From NCBI GenBank assembly GCA_019414445.1, contig DXMA01000009.1, forward strand, positions 2,670-66,669: 64,000 nucleotides of DNA. Reading direction: 5' to 3'. The position numbers and the translations under genes were made by a program. This DNA is from Collinsella sp. (GTDB lineage: Bacteria; Actinomycetota; Coriobacteriia; Coriobacteriales; Coriobacteriaceae). Positions within the stretch are counted from its first letter, which is position 1; each line of letters opens with the position of its first letter. Shown in pieces: positions 57,024 through 64,000 of this stretch. The notes under the pieces are model-generated. The model did no database searches. It worked only from the letters and a program-made list of their open reading frames with translations, and was not told the DNA's origin.

Positions 57024-58301
57024 ATGGGGACGATGAATAGAGAGCAGTTCGATATCAAGATTCGCGCCGTCGAGGGTGGCGTTACGGCGGCGGGTGGCTT
57101 TAAGGCTGCCGGTATCCATGCCGGATTTCGCAAGGATCCCGAGCGTTTGGATTATGCACTCATCGTGCCTAATGAGCCCTGTCCCGGTGCCGGCGTGTTT
57201 ACGACCAACCGCTTTTGTGCGGCACCGGTGCAGATAAGCCGCGCCAATCTGGGCGGTGCCGATAAGGGCTATGGCATCATCGCCGGTGTCTCGGTCAACT
57301 CCGGTAACGCCAACGCGGCCACGGGTGAGACGGGCCTTGCCTGCGCGCGCGAGACGTGCAACATCGCCTCGCAGATCATCGGCTGCGAGCCTCAGCAAAT
57401 CCTGGTCGCCTCCACGGGCGTGATTGGTCAGATTCTGCCGATCGACACGTTCGAGACGGCGATTCCGGCAGCTTATGAGGCACTCTCTGCCCATGGCGGC
57501 GCCGATGCCGCCCGTGCCATCATGACGACCGATACGCATTCCAAGGAGTATGCCGTTCGCTACCGCAGTGAGGCTGCGGGCCATGCGGGCAATGCCTATA
57601 CGGTGGGCGGCATGTGCAAGGGCTCGGGTATGATCATGCCCAACATGGCCACCATGATCGCGGTCATTACTACCGATGCCCCCGTCGAGCCGGCGGCGCT
57701 CCACACCCTGCTGCTCTCGACCGTTAAACAGACCTTCAACAAGGTGACGGTCGATTCCGATACCTCGACCAACGACACCTGTATCATGCTTGCTTCTGGC
57801 GCTGCTGCCGCGGATGCCGAGGCCATCGTCGAGGGCACTGACGCCTTTGACGAGCTGGCCTTTGCCGTGCACGAGGTGTGCGAGAGCCTGGCACGCAACA
57901 TCGCGGCCGATGGCGAGGGCGCATCCAAGCTCGTGACGGTTAACGTCACCGGAGCCGCTAACGACGAGGAAGCCGATATCGCTGCCCGTGCCGTCGCCAA
58001 CTCGCCGCTCGTCAAGACCTGTATCGCCGGCCACGACTGCAACTGGGGCCGCGTTGCCATGGCGCTTGGCAAGTGCGGCGTGCAGTTTAATCAGGAAGAC
58101 GTTTCCATCGACATGATGGGCATGCCTGTCTGCCGCGATGGCCTGACCGTTCCCTTTGACGAGGACGAGGCTCTGCGACGTTTTGAGGCGCCCGAGATCG
58201 TGATCTCGGCCGACCTGGGCACAGGCGACGCGGCAACGACCGTATGGACTTGCGACCTTACACACGAGTACATCTCCATCAACGGTGACTACCGCTCTTA
58301 G
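57024..58301 (+). CDS. argJ: Bifunctional ornithine acetyltransferase / N-acetylglutamate synthase
   Basis: NSGNANA.TG, STGVIG, IMTTDT, KGSGMI.PNMATM, DTSTND, DGEGASK; alternative start 57033. Confidence 0.97.
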   Translation: MGTMNREQFDIKIRAVEGGVTAAGGFKAAGIHAGFRKDPERLDYALIVPNEPCPGAGVFTTNRFCAAPVQISRANLGGADKGYGIIAGVSVNSGNANAATGETGLACARETCNIASQIIGCEPQQILVASTGVIGQILPIDTFETAIPAAYEALSAHGGADAARAIMTTDTHSKEYAVRYRSEAAGHAGNAYTVGGMCKGSGMIMPNMATMIAVITTDAPVEPAALHTLLLSTVKQTFNKVTVDSDTSTNDTCIMLASGAAAADAEAIVEGTDAFDELAFAVHEVCESLARNIAADGEGASKLVTVNVTGAANDEEADIAARAVANSPLVKTCIAGHDCNWGRVAMALGKCGVQFNQEDVSIDMMGMPVCRDGLTVPFDEDEALRRFEAPEIVISADLGTGDAATTVWTCDLTHEYISINGDYRS

Positions 58302-58381
58302 ACTCCAGGCGTACCGTGCGCCCCGGTTGATTGCGAGCGGTGGGGCATGACTCAATGGCTATACGAAAGACGAGGCAGACT

Positions 58382-59362
58382 ATGAAATTCGCACGCGATT
58401 GTCGCTCGAGTGAATCCAACGAAGCAACCGCGCAGCTGCTATTTGAGGCGCTGCCGTGGATTAAAAACCTGACCGGTAAGACGGTTGTTATCAAATACGG
58501 TGGAGCCGCCATGGTCGACGAGCAACTGCGCCGCGACGTGATGAGTGACATCGTCTTGCTCAAGATTATCGGCATGCGTCCCGTCATCGTGCATGGTGGC
58601 GGCAAGGCCATCAACGAGGCGCTGAGCCATTACGATATCCCCGTCGAGTTTAAGAACGGCCAGCGCGTGACCACGCCGGAGACCATGGATATCGTGCGCG
58701 AGGTGCTGGGCGGCAAGGTTAACCAAGAGCTGGTTGCTGCTATCAATCATCATGGCAACCTGGCCGTGAGCGTGTCAGGCAGTGATGCCGGTACGCTCAT
58801 CGCCGAGCCGCTTGACCCCGAGCTCGGTCGCGTTGGCAAGGTCACGCACGTCAACACCGACTATATCGAGCGCTTGCTCGATAGCGAGTACATCCCTGTT
58901 ATCGCCACGGTCGCGGCGGGGGAGAACGGCGGCTTCTTCAACATCAACGCCGATACCGCCGCCGGTGCTGTTGCGGCAGCGCTCCACGCGCATAAGGCGA
59001 TTTTCCTTACCGACGTCGACGGCCTATACAAGGACTTTAGCGACAAGGATTCGCTCATCTCCAACCTGACGCTGGACGAGGTTAACGAGATGCTCTACGG
59101 CGGCGAGGTCGACAAGGGCATGATTCCCAAGTTACGCGCGGCTGTCGACGCCCTGACTGCCGGCGTGTTCCGCGCTCACATCATCAACGGCACCACACCG
59201 CACTCGCTGCTTCTGGAGCTGCTGACCGATGCCGGTGTCGGCACCGTGATCCACTCCACCGAGACGGCCTACGAGTTCGATACGCACCCGCATCCGCTTT
59301 CGACCTTTGCGGCGCGCCTGACCGAGAACCTCGACGAGGTCGAGAAGCTCCAGACGGTCTAG
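58382..59362 (+). CDS. argB: Acetylglutamate kinase
   Basis: EALPWI, VIKYGG.AM, VHGGG, NINAD, LTDVDG, GMIPK. Confidence 0.97.
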   Translation: MKFARDCRSSESNEATAQLLFEALPWIKNLTGKTVVIKYGGAAMVDEQLRRDVMSDIVLLKIIGMRPVIVHGGGKAINEALSHYDIPVEFKNGQRVTTPETMDIVREVLGGKVNQELVAAINHHGNLAVSVSGSDAGTLIAEPLDPELGRVGKVTHVNTDYIERLLDSEYIPVIATVAAGENGGFFNINADTAAGAVAAALHAHKAIFLTDVDGLYKDFSDKDSLISNLTLDEVNEMLYGGEVDKGMIPKLRAAVDALTAGVFRAHIINGTTPHSLLLELLTDAGVGTVIHSTETAYEFDTHPHPLSTFAARLTENLDEVEKLQTV

Positions 59363-59430
59363 CCGGTTAGAAATCGCCATACCGTTACACCCACAGTCCG
59401 CGTCACCTGGCGCTTAACGAAAGGCATCTC

Positions 59431-60714
59431 ATGTCACTTGCAGCTCAACAATCGCTCGAATCTCATTATGTTATGCACACCTTTGGTCGCTCTCCGGTCG
59501 AATTTGTCGAGGGTCACGGCATGAAGCTCACCGGCGACGATGGTCGTGAATATCTTGATTTTCTTGCAGGTATTGGCGTATGCAGCCTAGGCCACGGCAA
59601 TCCGGCGGTGCTGTCGGCGCTCGAAGCTCAGACCAAAAAACTATTGCACGTCTCCAACTACTTCTATATCGAGCAGCGCGGGCAGGTCGCGGCACTGTTG
59701 TCCAAGCTCGCTAACGACGATATGGATGGCGCGCGTGTGCTTGCCGACGCGATTGTCGCTGGCGACGAAACGACGGCTTCCGCGTTTGGCGCCCCGGCTG
59801 CGGACGAGCAGGTGTGGGAGACGTTCTTTGCCAACTCCGGTGCCGAGGCCAACGAGGGCTCGATGAAGCTCGCGCGCCTGTACGCCAAGCGCGCCGGCAA
59901 CGGTGGCAACACCATCGTGTGCATGCGCGGCGGCTTTCACGGTCGTACGCTCGAGACCATTGCCGCCACCATGCAGGATTGGTTGCAGGACAGTTTCCGC
60001 CCGCTGCCGGGCGGCTTTGTGGCCTGCACGCCCAACGATATCGATGAACTGCGTGCGATCTTTAAGCAGCTGGGGAGCGAAATTTGTGCCGTGATGCTCG
60101 AGCCGATCCAGGGCGAGAGCGGTGTGCACCCCATGACCGAGGAGTTTATGGCGGCAGCGCGCGACCTGGCACACGAAGTGGGCGCCGTGCTTATCGCCGA
60201 CGAGGTCCAGTGCGGCATCTTCCGCTCCGGCAAGCCGTTTGCATTCCAAACCTATGGCGTGGAACCCGACATCATGAGCCTTGCCAAGGGCATTGCTGAT
60301 GGCGTGCCTATGGGTGCCGTCGTGGCAAAGAAGGAGATTGCCGACGTGTTTAAGCCGGGCGACCACGGCTCGACCTTTGGCGGTAGCTGCTTGGCCATCG
60401 CGGCGTGTGCCGCGACGCTCTCCGCACTCGTGCGCGGCGATTATGCCGACCACGCTGCCAAGGTAGGCGCCTATATGGAGGCAAAGCTCGCCAAGCTGCC
60501 GAACGTGACCGAGGTGCGTGGCCGCGGCTTGATGCTCGGCTGCGATCTGGACGATACTGCGGGTGATGCACACGACGTTGTGGCCCGTGCATTGGGGGCT
60601 GGTGCCGTGATTAACGCTACGGGTGCCCATACGCTGCGTTTCCTGCCGCCGCTCGTCTGCGAGGAATCCGACGTGGACAGTCTGATCGAGATCCTGTCGG
60701 ACGTTTTGGCCTAA
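59431..60714 (+). CDS. argD: Acetylornithine aminotransferase
   Basis: YLDF.AGI.V.SLGH, NSGAEANE, FHGRT, EPIQGE.G, DEVQ, AKG, HGSTFGG; last gene of the arg cluster. Confidence 0.95.
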   Translation: MSLAAQQSLESHYVMHTFGRSPVEFVEGHGMKLTGDDGREYLDFLAGIGVCSLGHGNPAVLSALEAQTKKLLHVSNYFYIEQRGQVAALLSKLANDDMDGARVLADAIVAGDETTASAFGAPAADEQVWETFFANSGAEANEGSMKLARLYAKRAGNGGNTIVCMRGGFHGRTLETIAATMQDWLQDSFRPLPGGFVACTPNDIDELRAIFKQLGSEICAVMLEPIQGESGVHPMTEEFMAAARDLAHEVGAVLIADEVQCGIFRSGKPFAFQTYGVEPDIMSLAKGIADGVPMGAVVAKKEIADVFKPGDHGSTFGGSCLAIAACAATLSALVRGDYADHAAKVGAYMEAKLAKLPNVTEVRGRGLMLGCDLDDTAGDAHDVVARALGAGAVINATGAHTLRFLPPLVCEESDVDSLIEILSDVLA

Positions 60715-60830
60715 CACAGCGAAATAACTTAACTTTGACCGGGTTCCGGACTGCGGACGTGCCCTATGTGGCATGATTCAGCGGTCTGGAGCCCGTTTTG
60801 CCTTAGATTTGCTAAGGCGGGGAGACCTGC

Positions 60831-61047
60831 TGGTCAAAAAACATCAAATATGAGTACTGTTATCGATTTGGTAGCAGCAATTTTGGACTAATAAGGCCAG
60901 ATAGCTAGTCGAAATGGCGATGAATGTACGATTTTGATCCAATTGTTAGTCCTTATAATGGACATATGTTGCGTAACTTAAGCAAATACTATCTTTTGAT
61001 ATGTTGTAAGCAAGGTAGCAGTACTCATTTTTGCCATTTTTTGGCCA
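60831..61047. repeat. AT-rich element bounded by 34-bp imperfect inverted repeats with a nested inner IR
   Basis: TGGTCAAAAAACATCAAATATGAGTACTGTTATC vs revcomp of 61014-61047 (27/34 by hand); inner GGACTAATAA/TTGTTAGTCC. Confidence 0.7.
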
Positions 61048-61067
61048 CGGCCTTTGTGACAGACGTG

Positions 61068-61529
61068 CTGGCGGGTTCGAATCCCATGCGCTGGGCCTGA
61101 AAAAGGAAAGGCCTCCATCGCTGGAGGCCTAACAATTCAGTGGTGGGCGATGAGGGATGTCCGCGTGCGGCCGGCGCCGCCCGCGCCCCGCTTCGCCGCT
61201 CCGCTCCTCGCGTGCTGCGCTGGAAAACGCTTGCGCGTTTCCTCAGCTCCGTACCCTGGCGGGTTCGAACCCCATGCGCTGGGCCCAAAAAAGAAAGGCC
61301 CCCATAGCTGGGAGCCTATCAAATCAGTGGTGGGCGATGAGGGATGTCGCGTGCGGCTGACGCCGCCCGCTTTCGCTTCGGGCCTGCGGCCCTCGCGTGC
61401 TGCGCTGGAAAACGTTTCGCGTTTCCTCAGCTTCGCACCCTGTCGGGTTCGAATCCCATGCGCTGGGCCCAAACAAAAACGGTCCCCTTGCGAGGACCGT
61501 TTCCAATTCAATGGTGGGCGATGAGGGAT
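61068..61529 (-). repeat. tRNA-Val-linked tandem repeat (~185-bp units, each ending in the tRNA 3' 18 nt)
   Basis: TGGTGGGCGATGAGGGAT at 61141, 61328 and 61512; CGGGTTCGAAYCCCATGCGCTGGGCC at ~61072, ~61260 and ~61444. Confidence 0.93.
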
Positions 61530-61587
61530 TCGAACCCCCAGCCTTGTGCGTGTAAAGCACCTGCGCTAACCGTTGCGCCAATCGCCC
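61512..61587 (-). tRNA. tRNA-Val (TAC)
   Basis: GGGCGATTGGCGCAACGGTTAGCGCAGGTGCTTTACACGCACAAGGCTGGGGGTTCGAATCCCTCATCGCCCACCA, 76 nt, cloverleaf, encoded CCA; TATACT -10 at 61598-61603. Confidence 0.96.
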
Positions 61588-61774
61588 GTGCGGAGAGAGT
61601 ATAGCAAAACAATCGCCTCATTCACCTCATATCCATTAAAGGTAACCGACGCGTGTCACAGCGGAGCTGATTCAGTTGAGATTGCCTGAACATTCCGCCC
61701 CTCTTTACGCCCTCGGGTATACTCAAAAGCTACTGATTCGATTTGATGCCCAGCAACAGCAGAGGGGATAGTAT

Positions 61775-63655
61775 ATGTGCGGTTTTGTCGGTTTTGTCGG
61801 TGGGACGGATAACCAATCCGAGGTGCTCACCAAGATGATGGACCGCATCGTCCATCGTGGTCCCGACATGGGCGGTCAGTTTATCGACGGCCGCGTTGCC
61901 CTCGGCTTCCGCCGCTTGTCGATCCTCGACCTGACCGAGGCTGGCGCCCAACCTATGGCCAACGAGGACGGTAGCGTCGTCATTGTCTTCAACGGCGAGA
62001 TCTACAACTTCCAAGAACTCCGTTCCGAGCTCGAGGCCAAGGGCTACAAGTTCCACTGCGGCGCCGACACCGAGAGCCTTCTGCACGGCTACGAGGAGTG
62101 GGGCGAGGCCGTACTCGATCGCCTGCGCGGCATGTACGCCTTCGTCATCTGGGACAAGAAGAAGAACAAGCTCTTTGGCGCCCGCGATATCTTTGGCATC
62201 AAGCCGCTCTACTACTATCCCATGGCCGATGCGGGCGACGGCGCTCCGGGCGTGCTCTTTGGCTCCGAGATCAAGAGCTTCCTGGACTACCCGCACTTCC
62301 ACAAGGCGGTCAACAAAAAGGCCCTGCGTCCGTACATGACGCTGCAGTATTCGGCAACCGAGGAGACTTTCTTCGAGGGTGTCTACAAGCTGCCGCCGGC
62401 GCATTACTTTACCGTAGACATCCCGACCGGCAAGATGAACATCGAGCGCTATTGGGATTGCGATTACTCTGCCGTCGAGAAGCCGTTCGAGGAGTACGTC
62501 GACGAGCTGGACGAGGTCGTGCACGAGAGCGTCGAGGCCCATCGCATCGCTGATGTTAAGGTCGCTTCGTTCCTCTCCGGCGGCGTCGACTCCAGCTATA
62601 TCGCCGCTTGTCTCATGCCCGACAAGACCTTCTCGGTGGGCTTCGATTACAAGAATTTCAACGAGACCAACTACGCCAAGGAACTTTCTGACAAGCTCGG
62701 CGTCGAGAATGTCCGCAAGATGATAACCGCCGACGAGTTCTTCGGTGCGCTCGAGGACATCCAGTATCACATGGACGAGCCGCAGTCCAACCTGTCTTCC
62801 GTGCCGCTGTGGTTCTTGGCCGAGATGGCCCGCAAGGACGTCACCGTCGTGCTTTCGGGCGAAGGCGCCGACGAGCTCTTTGGCGGCTACGCCTACTACG
62901 AGGACACGGTCCCAGTCCGCAAGTACAAAAAGATGGTGCCGCTGCCCATCCGTCGCGCGCTCGGTAACCTGGCGTTGCATATGCCGTACTTCAAGGGACA
63001 TAACTTCCTGGTCAAGGGTGCCGAGATCCCCGAGAAGTCGTTCCTGGGACAGGCTCTGGTATGGCCGGAGCGCGAGGTCGACGGCGTGCTCAAGCCCGAG
63101 TACAACACCGGCGATGGCGCCTTCGAGCTTGCCGCTCCCATCTATGCGCGCGTGAAGGGTCAGCCCGAGCTGGTCAAGAAGCAGTACCTGGACATGAACA
63201 TGTGGCTCCCGGGCGACATTCTGCTCAAGGCCGACAAGATGTGCATGGCGCACTCGCTGGAGCTGCGCGTGCCCTTCCTGGACCGCAAAGTCATGGAGTT
63301 CGCCGAGCACATTCCCGACCGCTACCGCATCAACGAGAACGGCAACAAACAAGTACTCCGCCACGCTGCCAACAAGTCGCTGCCCGATGAGTGGGCCACC
63401 CGTCCCAAGGTGGGCTTCCCGGTGCCCATTGTCTACTGGCTGCGCGAGCAAAAGTGGTACGACTATGTCAAGGAGTACTTCACCGCGCCGTGGGCAAGCG
63501 AGTTCTTCGATACCGACGAGCTCATGCACCTGCTCGATCTGCACTTTGCGGGCAAGGGCGATTTCCAGCGCAAGATTTATACGCCGCTCGTGTTCCTAGT
63601 GTGGTACAAGCGCTTCTTTATCGACGAGGACCAGCCCGCTGTTCAGGCTGCCTAG
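61775..63655 (+). CDS. asnB: Glutamine-hydrolysing asparagine synthetase family amidotransferase
   Basis: MCG N-terminus, HRGPD, RRLSI.D, FNGEIYN, RD.FGIKPLYY, LSGGVDSS, SGEGADE.FGGY, LE.RVPFLD. Confidence 0.95.
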   Translation: MCGFVGFVGGTDNQSEVLTKMMDRIVHRGPDMGGQFIDGRVALGFRRLSILDLTEAGAQPMANEDGSVVIVFNGEIYNFQELRSELEAKGYKFHCGADTESLLHGYEEWGEAVLDRLRGMYAFVIWDKKKNKLFGARDIFGIKPLYYYPMADAGDGAPGVLFGSEIKSFLDYPHFHKAVNKKALRPYMTLQYSATEETFFEGVYKLPPAHYFTVDIPTGKMNIERYWDCDYSAVEKPFEEYVDELDEVVHESVEAHRIADVKVASFLSGGVDSSYIAACLMPDKTFSVGFDYKNFNETNYAKELSDKLGVENVRKMITADEFFGALEDIQYHMDEPQSNLSSVPLWFLAEMARKDVTVVLSGEGADELFGGYAYYEDTVPVRKYKKMVPLPIRRALGNLALHMPYFKGHNFLVKGAEIPEKSFLGQALVWPEREVDGVLKPEYNTGDGAFELAAPIYARVKGQPELVKKQYLDMNMWLPGDILLKADKMCMAHSLELRVPFLDRKVMEFAEHIPDRYRINENGNKQVLRHAANKSLPDEWATRPKVGFPVPIVYWLREQKWYDYVKEYFTAPWASEFFDTDELMHLLDLHFAGKGDFQRKIYTPLVFLVWYKRFFIDEDQPAVQAA

Positions 63656-63767
63656 CCTCGGCTTACGAACGCCTGCGCGTAACGGCTCCTCCGGGAGCCG
63701 TTTTTGCGTGGGTGCGTTTCAGTTACTATAAAAACCGTCCCTGCCAAATGGCTGAGAAAGGTGAAAG

Positions 63768-64000
63768 ATGCACCATTCGGATTCCGCGACCGTGACCACG
63801 GTCGATACGCTTGCCAAGCTTCTCGATGTGTGCGGTGAGCTGCGCGCATCAGAGCAGGTTGACGAGCGTGCCGTGACCGGCTGCTCGTTTGATTCGCGCG
63901 CGGTCTCGGCAGGTGACGTGTTCTTTTGCAAAGGCGCTGCCTTTAAGCCTGCGTTTTTGAGCATGGCGCTCGATTCGGGCGCCGTCGCATTTGTGTGCGA
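63768..64000 (+). CDS. murE: Mur ligase N-terminal domain, probably MurE (runs off the window edge)
   Basis: Manual translation MHHSDSATV...VTGCSFDSRAVSAGDVFFCKGAAFKPAFLSMALDSGAVAFVC; DSR.V....F....G...GA Mur pattern; GAAAGG RBS. Confidence 0.75.
   Translation, partial: MHHSDSATVTTVDTLAKLLDVCGELRASEQVDERAVTGCSFDSRAVSAGDVFFCKGAAFKPAFLSMALDSGAVAFVC

Noticed and set aside
55827..60714. Missing argF/argR/argG/argH as pathway loss
   Set aside because: Split arg clusters are common, and the ARG boxes imply argR elsewhere; cannot be judged from this window.
61068..61529. Prophage/island attL-attR pair or additional tRNA genes
   Set aside because: No integrase or cargo between the 18-bp copies, and the units lack D and anticodon arms, so they are not tRNAs.

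Overview
High-GC actinobacterial chromosome segment. Gene content and repeat style point to Coriobacteriia, probably a Collinsella-like gut bacterium (inference). Most of it is housekeeping and nitrogen/amino-acid metabolism: pfkA (partial), M18 aminopeptidase, map, a glutamate-type ABC transporter with a C26 gamma-glutamyl hydrolase, dxs, amtB-PII, a giant CoA-dehydratase/activase fusion, OPT, coaX, dCMP deaminase, lgt, yebC, an amaP-DUF2273-asp23 operon, groES-groEL, an FMN-riboswitch ECF riboflavin transporter, argCJBD with ARG boxes, tRNA-Val(TAC), asnB and murE (partial). Small accessory pieces are a RelB-PIN toxin-antitoxin pair, a TetR-MFS unit and a GGDEF*-REC-HD-GYP/Hpt module. No integrase, transposase, cas gene or CRISPR array was seen. 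The most unusual signals are non-coding: (i) a tandem ~185-bp array behind tRNA-Val in which each unit re-creates the tRNA 3' end (CCA) and carries a different terminator hairpin; (ii) a dispersed family of short palindromes with unrelated stems but a shared GGG(G)ACAGG loop, at least 9 copies; (iii) a six-copy alternating-orientation 15-bp array with 40-bp periodicity; (iv) several 100-230 bp fold-back elements; (v) a structured, possibly switching leader on the OPT gene. Coordinates were counted by hand and start codons are best guesses.
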